The notes under the pieces are model-generated. The model had not been told where the DNA came from. It ran no database searches and worked only from the letters and a program-made list of their open reading frames with translations. Shown here one piece after another: positions 29,281 to 57,057 of a stretch of 64,000 nt of DNA. A program made the translations under genes and the position numbers. Source of the DNA: Lama glama (lineage: Eukaryota); the NCBI GenBank assembly GCA_028534125.1, contig CM052832.1, forward strand, positions 16,680,001-16,744,000, in the 5' to 3' direction. Each line of letters begins with the position of its first letter. Position 1 is the first letter of the stretch.

Positions 29281-29870
29281 AAAAGCAGAAAGAGGGCCTT
29301 TGTATAGCCACCAAGGCCAGCGCACTGCTTCAGTGAGTTTCCAGGGAACTCATATCTTACTCGTGGCAGAGAACCGGAAGCCCCCACCCAGAGCTATGGG
29401 CCAAGCTAAGGAGTCCTTCAGAGACAGATTGAGCAACAGAAATATCACTTGGCAACATTGACGCTGCTCCTGAAGTGCTCCCAGGAACTGTCAGAGATAA
29501 AGTCTGAGGACTACTGGGCAGCACCCCAGAGGCTGGAGAAACTGTTGGGAAACTCGCTGAGATGGTGGGGAGATCTGCAGAGATGGTAGGGAGACCTGCA
29601 GAGATATCCCCAGAGGCAGGGGGTATGCCTTCAGCTACAGTAGAGATCCCCAATGGGGTCAGCTGAGCTGTTGGAAGAAGAACATGATAAGATGGTGTCA
29701 TAAGAGCTGGCCATCTCTCTCGGTCCAGTGTCCACATCTTGACCACAAGGCCTCAAGTCAGAGCTCCAATGCTCACCGTATCCAGCCAAGGTCTGCAGGC
29801 CCAAGATCAGTACCAGTGTGGTGTCCATGGTGTCAGCTGGTGTGTGTTTCCAGGACTGTCTCCCTGGCTC

Positions 29871-29876
29871 TTTAAA
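29871..29876 (-). promoter_or_regulatory. TATA-like TTTAAA upstream of the unrecognised mucin gene
   Basis: ~43 nt upstream of the E1 ATG, similar spacing to the MUCL3 TATA. Confidence 0.4.
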
Positions 29877-31563
29877 GACTTTGAGGCCTTATTACAAGTC
29901 TCGAGAGAGTCAGGTGTGCCTTGGCCTTCATCAACACCAGGATCTCCATCCCCAGGGAGAGGTCACCAAGCTGTCCCAGAGGATTGATCTGTTCCAGTCT
30001 GATCCCAGGAAGCACTGGGTGAGGGGAAGAGTGAGTAAGAGCCTGAGGATTCCCCTACTGGGCTCTCAGGCTCTTTCCAGATTAGGGATCTCTCCCCCAG
30101 ACCCGAGTTGATCCCCAGCCCAGACTCCCATCGAAGGGAAGAGATCCAGGCATCCTATCCCCAAATCCTCCCCTTGTTTCTAGAAGTACAACCACTGGGG
30201 GTGAGAATATATAGGTCCCTCGGGGAAGCAGGAATTGGGAGCTGGGTGGGGGTGGAGAGCGTCACCGCCTGGGGACTGCATCAGACCCTTAGGAAAACCC
30301 AGGGCAGGGGAGGAGGGTGAACACCTGGGCCATCTCTCGTCCAGATGGCTGCAGCCCACAGAGCTTTCCATTCCTTTGGCAGAAGAGGAGTGACAGGAGA
30401 AGAGGGGCACCAGGCACAACAAGCATCGTGTTCAGGGACAGTGCAGTGAGGAAGTTCAGAACCCAGCTCTGAATCCACCACTTCCAAGCAATGGGGTCTT
30501 GGGCAAGTCACGTGGCCTAAGTTCTTGTTTCTTCACCCCTAAAACTGGGGTAACGCATCTACTTCAGAGGCCATAATTAAAGCATTAAAGGAAATAATGT
30601 TTCTAATGTGCCTGGCATGGGACAGCCTCAGCTCTGATTATATGGAAAGAGGGCGCCAGTTGGGAAAGATATAGGGATGCTCCCACCCTCCTCCTATGCA
30701 GACTCAGATGCCGGAAAGCAGCTGTCTTCCCACTTTCTACCCTCTGCTCATATCTGCTAGGTCTGCTGATCTTTTTGTCCATCAATTCTTCCCGCTCTGG
30801 TCTTCCTGCTCTCCGGTGAAAGTCTGGGAGTCCCTGGATTGCACTTTATTTATATTTATGGTATCGACAGTGTCTCCCTCTGCCTCTCCATTTCCCTGGT
30901 CTTGCTTTTGCCTTTTCTCCCTGACTCTGCCTTCTCTGCTTCCGTCCCTCTGTGCTGGGGCCCACTGGGTTTTTTAGGGGTGGGTTGTAGATACTTAGGG
31001 AGGCAGCTAATAAGATAAGAGGCATGTGTCTTTGTATGCTCTAGAGGGTTTACGTGACTGGTGCGTCAGTCTGCTGTGCTTATTCTGTGTCTGGCATCAT
31101 GATGGATGGGTTCTAACCTCTCTGCTCCTGACTTGCTGTGTGACTTTAATAAGTCAATAAGTCTCTCTGGGCCTTCGTTTCCCAGCTTTTAAAGAAAGAG
31201 GGTAAACACAATGGGTTCCAAGCTCCCTCTACACATCTGTCCTCATGTTTGCCATTCCAAGGCCTGTGTGAAAGGGTGTTGGCTGAGGGGATCCCTTTTG
31301 CGTGAGTGCACAAGGCGGGGTGGATGGGAGGATGTTTGAGGAAACTCGTGTCTCCACCTAAATAGCTAGGATGTTTCAGAGCAACTAAAACAAAACATTC
31401 AAAATGAAAGTTCCCTGTCACCCAGATTTCTCACCTAGAAAGTCAGCTGTGGCTGGGGGGACAGAGCGCCTGGGTTTGGGAAGAGCTTTATGTAATCCAC
31501 CCCTCCCTTTTGGGTGCACATTCCTGAGCTCTTTGGTGGCATGAATGATAGAAATTAATTGCA

Positions 31564-31683
31564 GTTAATAATTAATCCCTCAAGAGCAGTGACAGGCCCA
31601 GGCTTGGGTGGGGCCCAGACACCCACAGGACGGACACCTCCTCAACTTCCCTCCCTGCGGGACTGGGTATCCACCCCCTCAAG
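31564..31683 (+). promoter_or_regulatory. SFTA2 upstream motifs: HNF1-like GTTAATAATTAAT and NKX2-1-like CTCAAG sites
   Basis: GTTAATAATTAAT at 31564-31576; CTCAAG at 31579-31584 and 31678-31683. Confidence 0.4.
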
Positions 31684-31957
31684 CCTCGAGACCTGGGGAG
31701 GTGGGGCATGGGATTGAGGAAAGGGGGCCACCTTCTATTTGCCCCCCAGCCCAGTGGATGGCCCTTTCGTGGGTCCTCAAAGAACAGTTCTTGAGAGAAC
31801 TGGAAAAGCCAGTTACCAGCGTCCCCCTCTCATCTCCCACACGCACCTGTGCTAAGGACGGAGTGGGGCACAGAAGGGAGGGCCAGGTAAGGAGAGGCCA
31901 GCGGAGCTTCCAACATCTCTTCCGTCCGCCTGAGAAGCAAACAACAAGGTAGCCGCG

Positions 31958-32545
<588 letters not shown>

Positions 32546-34239
32546 GAGCAATCCAGGCTGGTTCCCCTCTTGGTTAGGGCATTTGGTCCCTGGGGAGCAG
32601 GGGCAATGCCCTGACCCTGTCTTCTAGCAGGTCCTCACCCTGCTGAGTGGCAGTAAATACACTGAATTCAATGACTTGGTTTTGTGGGCTCGTGAGCAGA
32701 GGGCCAGCAGGAAAAGGACGCCCAAGTCTCTGACTCTCCCTTGTTAAGCAGAGGGTTTCCGGGCTGGACAGATAGCCTGAATACCAGTGTCAAAGGCACA
32801 TCTGGGAAATTAACTGCTGGAACACGCACACGTACCACACACACATGTATGTGAACACACACTTCAAGCTGAGATCTTCAGAACACCTGGGAATAAAGGA
32901 AAGGAACATTTGACTTCCTGCTTTATTCCAGGCATGAGGCTTTTCCACTTCAGTGCTTACAGGATTCTTGCATGTAGCATAATAGGTCTCATCTGATTTT
33001 CCAGATGAGGAAATTGAGGCTAAGAGGGGTAAGTCACTCACCTAAGGTCATTAGCAGTGGAGAGGTTTGACACCGGACAAATGCCTTGGCTTAAGCCAGA
33101 TTTTAATTTCCTCTCCCTTTGCTTCAGCTCTGGGGTTGAGGGCTCAAGAATCCCAGACAGGGGTGTAGGTAGGACATCCCCAGGACATGGGCCCCCAACA
33201 CAGAGAGCCACACAGGTTGGTCAGGGTAGGAGTGGGGGGAGGTGCTCAGGTGAGAGATGAGGGGTCCAGCTTGTGAGATGATGGCCAGGCTGGAGGAAGT
33301 GGTGGGGAGAAAAGGGTGGGTGCCAGTAGAGGGTGCACTGGCTAACTACGTTAGTCACACAGGCCCACACCTACGTCCTAGATTAGTTTCTTAGTCTCTT
33401 AGGGCCTCCACTTCTTTAATGTAAAATGGGGAGAATGAAAGTACCTGCTTCCTAGGATTGTTCTGAGGATTATGTGGATAAGTTACCCAGGGTACGTGCC
33501 ATGGTGCCTGTTAGATAAGTGGGCCTGGGTGGTAGGGATTATTATTATAGTAGAAACCTGGTCCACATAAGTCCTGGTCCCCTTGAGGGTCCAGGGTCCT
33601 CCTCCTGCTTTTCATGAGGCAGTCACTTATCTGACTCCACACTCAAGGGTACCTTGACTTCTCATCAGCTGTCTCAAAATGCAAGCTTGCAGCCCAGACT
33701 TGATCATTTGGCGGGTGTTGGTATGACTGCTTCCTGTTCTCCACAGTACCTATCTTCCCATTTCCCCCACCCCCTGCCCCTATCACCATCATATGACATT
33801 AAAGACTGACTCCTTTGGAGGGAGGGGAAGGCCACAGTTCCATATGGAGTGCCCTGAAGATGAGAAATCATAACCAAGTTCCTCTAGTTTCCTTGACAAC
33901 TGTCCTGGGAAAATTAGCTCAGAGGAGAGATAGCCGGGGGTCCCAAAGGGCCCCAGTATTTCATGACTGGCCCCTGGCCTGCACCAGTGGGCAGGTGACA
34001 TCCACGGGTCAGGTGTGTAGGCCCCAAACAAGCTGGGGGAGTGAATGTCTGTATCTCCAAATGGCTGGAGGAGCAGACAGCTAAATGCTCCTCAACCTAG
34101 TTCCTGGGTCTCAGGACTTGGGATCACTGGGCTGTGATTCCTAGATTCTTTTCTCAAAGAATTCTCTTCCCAGATTTAAGACAGAGCAGTGCAGTGAAAA
34201 AGAATGCTTTGGGATCCACCAGACCTGGGGGTGGCAGAG

Positions 34240-34480
34240 GCTGCTAACTGTTCCCCTAATAGTCATTCTTCTGGGAGAGTCATGCAAATATTAGCTGAGC
34301 ACATGGCTTATTTCCACTTAGCTAAGCAAGTGGCTGATTACGTGACATTTTCCAGACTCCCTTGCAGCTAGGAATGGTCATGTGATTAGGTTCTATCCAA
34401 CAGGATACAAGCAGAAAGGAAATATGCAACTTTCTGGTAATGTCCATCCATTACAGGAAAGGAGCTTCCTTTCCTTTCCC
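34240..34480. mobile_element. MLT1-like MaLR LTR fragment
   Basis: acattttccagactcccttgcagctaggaatggtcatgtgattaggttct...gcagaa. Confidence 0.65.
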
Positions 34481-34527
34481 TTCTCCCAGAGGGAAGAACA
34501 GTCTTTATAAAGGCCTACAAGGTCTTA

Positions 34528-34722
34528 GACCAGCACTTTCCAACAGAACTTTTCATGATGATGGAAAAATGTTATAACCTGCACTGACCAATTTGGTAGC
34601 CACGATCCACAAGTGGCTAGCAAATACTTGAAACATGGCTAGTGTGGCTGAAAAACTGAATATTTAGTTTTATTTAAATTAATTGAGACAGCCAAGCGGC
34701 TACCTTTTTGGACAGCACAGCT
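34528..34722. mobile_element. MER3-like hAT element (followed by L2 at ~34740-35150)
   Basis: cagcactttccaacagaactttt...ggtagccac...tgaaacatggctagtgtggctg...ttggacagcacag. Confidence 0.7.
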
Positions 34723-35356
34723 GTAGATGATCGCCTAGCCACCCCCCGTCGCTTGCCTTCCTGACTTCACCTCCCACTCCCCCACTCCACTCACTCTGCA
34801 CCCCGCCCCTCCCCACAGGCCTCCTTGCTATTCTTTGAGCTCTCCAGGTCTCCCATCTCAGTGTTGTGCTCTGGCTCTTCCTGCTGCCTGGAACACTCGT
34901 CTCCCAGACATCCACTTGGCTAATTTCTGCAGCTCCCAGAAGTCTTTGCTTAATTCTCACCTTTACAATGAGTTCTGCCCTGACCCGTTTCATATGGGTC
35001 ACCCCCCAACCTGCCTTCCCACCGTCACACATGCAGCTGAGCCCCCTTACCTTGATCTACCTTTCCCCCTTAGCGTTTATGACCTTCAGACACACTAGTT
35101 TATTTAGTTACACATGTTATTCCTGACTCTCGCTGCTAGAATGAAAGTAGAGGCCCCACTAGAAAGGTCCTCTTCCCTCCAGTGAGGCAGGCCCCGCACA
35201 GCACCCGCACTCCCACTGTGGCCCAGAGCCCAGCGCTGAGAGGCAGCCCTCCTCTTTCCCATGTCAAAGTCCCAGGGAACAACTGAGAGGCGGAGAAGTC
35301 ACCACAAGAGGCAAGAAGGATCAAAGGACCACAAGCAGACAGGTTTGGGATTTGAG

Positions 35357-35362
35357 TTTATC
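35357..35362 (-). terminator. Putative non-canonical VARS2 poly(A) signal GATAAA
   Basis: ~240 nt after the stop and followed by a GU-rich tract; no AATAAA seen nearer. Confidence 0.45.
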
Positions 35363-35602
35363 TGAACTTCCTCATTCTTGAACTTCCATGTGTGACTGCA
35401 TAGGAGGGAGACTGGGCCAAAAGCATGAGTGTCTCAAGGACACCCAGTCACTCTGACCAAGCCAATCTATCTCCTCATTGACAAAAAGAGGGAGCCAGAC
35501 CACGTGGTCTCTGAGGCCCCATCACACCCTGACAGCTGCCCAATCTTTCCTCAAAGGCAGGTCTGAGAAGGGAGAAAGGTGCCAGGGATGGTGAGTGAGA
35601 GC

Positions 35603-46372
<10,770 letters not shown>

Positions 46373-46699
46373 CGGGAGTGCTTGGAAAAGGGCCAAGACC
46401 TGTTCCAGATAGAGCACATTAGGAGGGTATGGGGGTGAGAGAGGGTCACATCTTCCAAAATCACACTCTCTTCCTTATTTCCTGTCTCCTTCCAGCACTG
46501 GTCGGTTATTTTAAGTATCTATCCCAGCCCACACCTTTCCTCCGCGAGGACTAGAGTGCATGGTGTCGACAAGGTCCTGGAGTCACAGAGATCGGGGCTC
46601 TTCTGGGACAGGATCGGGGTCTCAGGGCCTCAACCTATTTATCTGTGACGTGAGGATAACCACGGGCACAGAGGAGGGGAAAGGACTCAAGGAGATCCC

Positions 46700-47100
46700 G
46701 AGAGCCAGGAAGAAGTCTCGCCAGGCTCACGGAGATCCCCGCCTGCCCAGAGGCCGTCATTGTCCCCAGCCCAGCGCGCTGCTCCGCCTTCCTGCCCGTC
46801 TCATGGCGTGGGCCCTGGCCCCGCACTGCCTCCCACTCCCCGGAGGCTGCTCCGGCGCTCGCTCACCCGGTGAGCCCGCCGCTATCCCAAGGCGCCCTGC
46901 GCCAGAGGCGGGGGCTTCATGGACTTAGGGACCAGAGAAACCGCCCCCGGAACTAGAGTCGCGATCCACACCGCACAATGAGGCGGAACTCTGTCAGGGC
47001 GCATGCGCAGTAGCAGGCCTCGGTCCCTCTTCCTCCCCTTCCGGGTCCAATAGCGGTCCACCCGGGGAGGAGCGCGCCTGCCGCGCAAAGATGGGTAGCC
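46700..47100 (-). promoter_or_regulatory. VARS2 CpG-island promoter with NRF1 and ETS/GABP motifs, and non-coding exon 1
   Basis: GCGCATGCGC at 46999-47008; CCGGAAG (minus) at 47038-47044; GTGAG donor at 46862-46866; CpG-rich. Confidence 0.7.
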
Positions 47101-47142
47101 TCCTAGGGAGGCGTGCGGGGCCGCTTGGTTCATTTTCACAAC

Positions 47143-47148
47143 TTTATT
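47143..47148 (-). terminator. GTF2H4 poly(A) signal AATAAA
   Basis: tttatt on +, ~125 nt after the stop. Confidence 0.75.
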
Positions 47149-47273
47149 ACAATAAGAGTCCCGGCGTGTGAATAAAAAAACACCTGAGTTCTGAGGCCGC
47201 GCGTGCCTCCACGCGGCCCGCCCTGCCCGGTCCCGCCCCGCCCGGGTCCAGTCCCGGTCCCAGGCCGGCACTC

Positions 47274-51968
<4,695 letters not shown>

Positions 51969-52699
51969 TCACCCCCTCACCTTTCTCATTCTTACTCTGA
52001 TTCCAGATCCACTGGCCCCCACAAAAACTCATCTTTTCTATGGTTTCCTTTTCCATGTCACTCATCTCCTCTTGTTTCTCCTAAACCTGACCAAACTCCC
52101 CTCCTTTCCTGCCTCCTCACCCGACTTATATCCTCAACTCCAGTCTTCTGTCAATTTCTAAGTGACAGAACTGCCAATCGTCCCATATTTGCAAAAAACG
52201 TTTTGTATTTCAGTGACTTAATCTCATCTTTACCTAAGCAGTGACAAAGGAAACTTGTTTCAGCCCAATCCTCTCTCCACTTCTCCTGGTCAGGTCAGCC
52301 TATAAGCTCCAAATCTGTCCGTGCTTCCCATCTATTTCTTGGCCCTACATCTCTTGCTGCGCATGGCAATAATCCGTGTCTCCCAAATCCAGTTCTACTT
52401 CTTTCCTCTCCCCGCCTCCAAGACTACTTCACTCCATTCACTTTGATCCACATCATACGATATCCGAACTTCTCCCCTACTTTCCTCAGAGTCCTCGCCT
52501 CTCACTCAACTCTCTCCCCCTATATCTCCGCCACCTCCTCTCTCCCAGCCCCCTTACCACTCTGTGTCGATCTCCCCTCGTGCACTCCGAGTTTTAAGCC
52601 GTCGCTTAATCGGAGCAAATGTCTCGCATTGGCTCCCGAGAACAGAGGAAAGGAGGGCGGAAAATGAGACAGAAAGATGGGGAGAGGGACGAAGGATTT

Positions 52700-53000
52700 C
52701 ACCGACAGGAGTCCAGAGCGGAGGAGTCAGAAGAAAACGGAAGGAAGGGAAGGAGTGGAGAAGTGGGGAGGATAAGAATCGGTGCTGCACTCGCCTGCCG
52801 CAAGGCATATTGGGAATTGGAGTCTTGTCTTTCCCTACCCGGGAGCAGGGTAAAGCGCGTCTGACTACAACTCCCAAAAGGCACCGCTGGGAAGCTTAGC
52901 GAAGAGAGGCTGGCCTTTAAGCGAGAGAGCCGGGAGCACCGGCGGTTGGGCTGCTTCGTTCCGCGTCGCTATCCACCCACCCGGCTAACGGCGAGTCTAA
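52700..53000 (-). promoter_or_regulatory. GTF2H4 promoter and non-coding exon 1 with two opposed ZNF143/ACTACA-type motifs
   Basis: ACTACAACTCCCAAAAGGCA at 52864-52883 (+); GACTCCAATTCCCAATATGCC at ~52804-52824 (-); GTGAAA donor at 52697-52702; CpG-rich. Confidence 0.65.
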
Positions 53001-53398
53001 CTGACCTGAGCTAGTGTGGGGATCCTGGGAGAAGTGCCCTGAAAGCTTCCTAGCGGAGGCGGGGAAATGGCTCGGTGATGAGACGTAGAGCCTCACGAAA
53101 CTGGATTCCTCGACCTCCCCGTAAAGTTGGAATAATGCACTTTCCAGAACTTTTCTTCATATTAGAAGTTAACTCGATCCGGTGCGCCTTCCTCGGCACG
53201 TAAGTACTCAATAAATCTTAATTGTCACTTCCTCCATGCTTCCACCCACCTCCCAACCCCCGTTTAGAGATCCTAGTAAGTACAACTTTTAAAAGAAATC
53301 AATTGTTTAGTCTGATTTAACTTACGAAATTATTGCGGGGTAAGGGAAGGGAAGCCAAACCAGAGCTGCGCGTTTCCCCAAATTCCTATACGGCAAGT

Positions 53399-53468
53399 TT
53401 TATTATTACTATTTTTACTGTTATTATGATTATTGTTGTTGTTATTGTTATTATTGTTATTATTATTC
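53399..53468. repeat. (ATT/GTT)n trinucleotide repeat
   Basis: Direct reading; source of the poly-N ORF 53330..53575. Confidence 0.85.
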
Positions 53469-53689
53469 ACTAGAAGGCGGAAGCACAATGAGATTAAGAA
53501 ATTTGCCCAAGATCGGACAACTAGAAAGTGCCGAAACTGGGATTTGAAGTACATTTGCGAGTGACCAGGAATCAAAATGCTAAAAACTAAGACTTTGTTT
53601 TACTTGTAGCCCACCCATGCTTGTTTTGTTACATCTCTTTAGCAATGTTTAAAATCCACAAAAAACGACGCAAAACTGAGAAAGCTTCT

Positions 53690-54420
53690 TTATGGAAAAC
53701 GTTAAATAAGGTTAAGAGACAATTCACAGTCTGGGAAGAAATATTTGACAAAATAGACAAAATACAAAGAGCTCTTATACAGCAATAAGAAAAAGAAATA
53801 ACACAATAGAAATATTAAGAAATAACAGGGAATAAACAGAAGAAATACAAGTGCCTTGAAACCAAATGAAGAAACTCTTCACTGGTAATTAAGGAAAAAT
53901 AAAGAAAGAAACAATAAAATATCCAATTAGAAAAAAAAATTTAAGGATTGACAATCTCAATTTTGGCCTCAGTGTACATGAGCGTACTCATATACTTTTA
54001 TGGAAGGTTGACATAAGCACACCTTTCTAAGGGTGGTTTGGCAGTATGTACCAACAATTTTAATGTGATTGCCCTTTGACCTGGCGACTCCACCGTTAAG
54101 AACATAGCATACTGAAATTCTCCTAGATGGATACAGAGATATACATGCAGAGATGTTATGAAATGTTTGTTGTAGTAGTATGAAGACAATGGAAACAGTC
54201 CAAATGTCCATCATTGGGAGTTGGTGAGATAAAATGTGGCTCACTGGAATGTAGAATCCTGGGCAGCATTTGGAGAGGAGATCAGTATACATACTGGCCT
54301 GCCTATATACCATCTGTCATGAGGGGGAGGAAAGCAGATTACAAAGTGGGATACATAGTCCAATGCCATCTTTATAAGTAAGAGGTTTTCTGTGTGTGTA
54401 AAACTGAAATAGGCCACATG
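53690..54420 (+). mobile_element. Old L1 ORF2 3' and 3'UTR fragment
   Basis: gttaagagacaattcacagtctgggaagaaatatttg...ggtggtttggcagtatgtacc...caaatgtccatca. Confidence 0.75.
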
Positions 54421-55069
54421 CTTCATTTTGACTGGAGCCAGTAAGGGGGAGCTGGGTAGACCTGGTCACGTTCCCTACAGTGTAGGGAAAACTAAGGCTA
54501 CGCTGTCTAGAACAGGAGCTGCTAGTCACCTGTGGCTATTTCAATTTAAATTTAATTAACTAAAATAAAATTTTATACTCAATTGCTTGGTCACATTAGT
54601 CCTATTTCAAATAATTAATAGCCACATGTGGCTCATGGCTACCTTTTGGATGGTGCAGATGGAGACCATTTCCATGATCGCAGAGTTCCCTTGGAGAGCC
54701 CTGCTCTAAGGGATGCAAGGTATCTGATGTGAGAAAGAGAATCAGTCTGGGCTCCTAGGAGCTGAGAGTGTGGAAAGAGCTCCCTGATACAGGGCTATCC
54801 AGGTTGTGCTTGAAAACTTCCTGTGAGGGTAATGGTAATACCTCTTCCCTTCATGTAGCATCCTGGAGAGAAAGAACAGAGAGCCAGGAGCTGACAGTTT
54901 CCATCAGCTTCTCCATGTCCTGGCTGTGCTGCCTTGGGCACATTGCTGACCTAACAGAGAGGTTTTCATCTCTGTGAAATGACAATAATTTTCGCTACTT
55001 CATATGTTGTACTAAATAAGATATGGTACCTGGCACATTGAGGGTGCTCAGTAAATATGATCATCATTA

Positions 55070-55830
55070 TCCTCTTAAAAAGACAAACAGACATGTAAAT
55101 CACACCTGTAGTAAGTGCTACAAAGAAGAGAGTCATGTGCTCTGAGAGCGTCAAGAGGGGATTTGACTTGATCGGGCAAGTCAGGGAGGACTGCTGAAGG
55201 ACAAGTAAGATAAGAGTTAACGAGCCAGATAGCAGGGAACTGGGTTCCAGGTAGAGGAACAGAAAGCTACGAAGGCCATATGGCAGAGAGGACTGTGGCC
55301 CCTTAGAGGAACAAGAAGAGGGCCGATGTATACACTGCCGGGAGGGGAGGCAAACTTGGACAAGAAGACTTTGTTCTTTATTCTAAGGTCAATGGGAGGC
55401 CAGTAAAGGGTTTGAAATAAAGGAGTGGGCTCAGATTTGTGTTTTAAAGATCATGCTGGCTGCAGGGCTGAAAACAAACCAGAGAGGAACAGAAACACTC
55501 CTGGGGAACTACTATGGTGGTCCAGGCAAGATGGAGGTAGCATGTGCCCGGATGGCGATAGAGACAGAAGTGATGAATTTTAGGGGAATTTGGGAAGTAA
55601 AGTCCACAGAACTTCGTGATAGACTGGACTTGGGAGGTAAGAGTAAGGGAGGAATATCAAGGATGATCCCCAGGTTTCTGGCTTGTTCAGCTGAGCTGCG
55701 GTTCACTGAGTCAGAGAACCAGGGAGGAGCCGCCAGTTTGAACGTGCTGAGACTGACATTCAGATGATCCCTAGGTGGTTGTGTAGGTCTAGAGCTTAAG
55801 TTTCTGAGCTCAGAGATTTGAGAGTTCTCG
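55070..55830. mobile_element. L2 LINE fragment
   Basis: aatgggaggccagtaaagggttt...agatttgtgttttaaagatcatgctggctgc...gatgatccccaggtttctggctt. Confidence 0.7.
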
Positions 55831-56259
55831 GCTCACCACCATGGCTTCTTTTGCTCACCATTCTGGGTTCTGGCCTCAGTGCTTGTCTTAAATCATCAGT
55901 CACAGTGGTCTGACCTATGTAGGTTCCAACAGGACTCAGATGTGTGAGCTGGAACCTCAAGGGCCTATTAATACAACCTTAGATTAAGTTATCTTTATTG
56001 TCATCCTCATTATCCAGTTGGCTCATTTTGTGAATGTCATCAACCAAGACCCCAGGGGCTTTATTTCACATGAACTGCCATCAAGATGGGTCTGCCTTTT
56101 CCAGTACTGGCCACTGATTTTTTTTTTTTTTCTTTCCAACCAAATTTGAACTCTGTTAAATGTTCTCTTGGTGGTTGTGGCTCATCCTTCCAAGCCTCTG
56201 AGACGGCTCCCAAACAGTTCACACCTACTGTGTTACTTGCATATTTGATCAGCCTAATC

Positions 56260-56780
56260 CAGGGATTCTCAACTTGGGACTTGCAGAGCCTGGGACATAG
56301 GAAGGGGGTTCCTAGAATTTTGGCAAGAATTAAAAATTACACCTCTATTTTTATTAACCTCTAACTGAAATTTAGCATTTCCTCCAAGTATGAATGTGGG
56401 CAAAACCCCCAATAGTATTACTAACACCTGTGACTTGTCACTAATAGACACCACAGCTATTTTTCTATCCCACTACAGTTGTAGAAATCTCAGAATGTCA
56501 TTTATGCTCATTGCTATTTGAAAATGTCAGTAATTATTACATCTGCTGCTAGGTCTTGTTATTAAATATATTTAAAAGGAGCACATATTAGTATATCATA
56601 ATTTTTTAACATTTTGGTAAACTCTTTTCATTTGATTTCCTGTTATATATGTATTCATAATTATACATTTTACACACATATAACTTTTTTAATGGGTTTT
56701 AAAACGTAATTCTGAGGAAGAATCAGTAGACCTCTCCAGACTGCCAAAGGGGTCCATGGGTCAGACGACGTTGACCCGTG
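56260..56780. mobile_element. Charlie-like hAT DNA transposon remnant
   Basis: cagggattctcaacttgggac... to ...ccagactgccaaaggggtccatgg; AT-rich interior. Confidence 0.55.
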
Positions 56781-57051
56781 GCCTAACCCACCTCCCTTCA
56801 GGCCTCCTGCAGAGTTTCTGTTCAGGTTGACAAAAGTTCACACATTTATGGGGACCTTAGGTCCCACAGGCAAGGGCCTCCCTTATGGAGAAACAGAACA
56901 CTATGCTGGGCAAAACACATGGTAGGAAATGGAATGGGGAGAATTAAAAAGAGGGAAAGGAAGAAAGGAGATAGACTTGGCGGGGAAGGGGCAGGAGGCA
57001 GGTTTCACCAAAACCCCAAGAAACCCACTCACAGCTGTGGAAAACTCAACC

Positions 57052-57057
57052 TTTATT
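57052..57057 (-). terminator. DDR1 poly(A) signal AATAAA
   Basis: tttatt on +, ~815 nt after the stop, with a GU-rich tract downstream. Confidence 0.8.

Larger units (their letters stand above)
26828..29828 (-). pseudogene. Unrecognised 5-exon type-I transmembrane mucin-like gene (MUC21/22/MUCL3 paralog); disrupted, or functional only as an exon-2-skipped isoform
   Basis: E1 29777-29828 signal MDTTLVLILGLQTLAGY with Kozak ACCATGG. E2 29361-29667 PTS-rich (307 nt, one nt over symmetric phase). E3 28537-28677 PTS-rich (141 nt, phase 1-1). E4 27602-27705 LKPQRKGSVPDWAIVLITLTVVTAVFSLLYGIKK (TM). E5 from 26836 reads GC*. All junctions are GT-AG with pyrimidine tracts. Confidence 0.75.

Noticed and set aside
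53330..53575. Poly-Asn ORF
   Set aside because: Simple trinucleotide repeat adjoining a MIR-like fragment.
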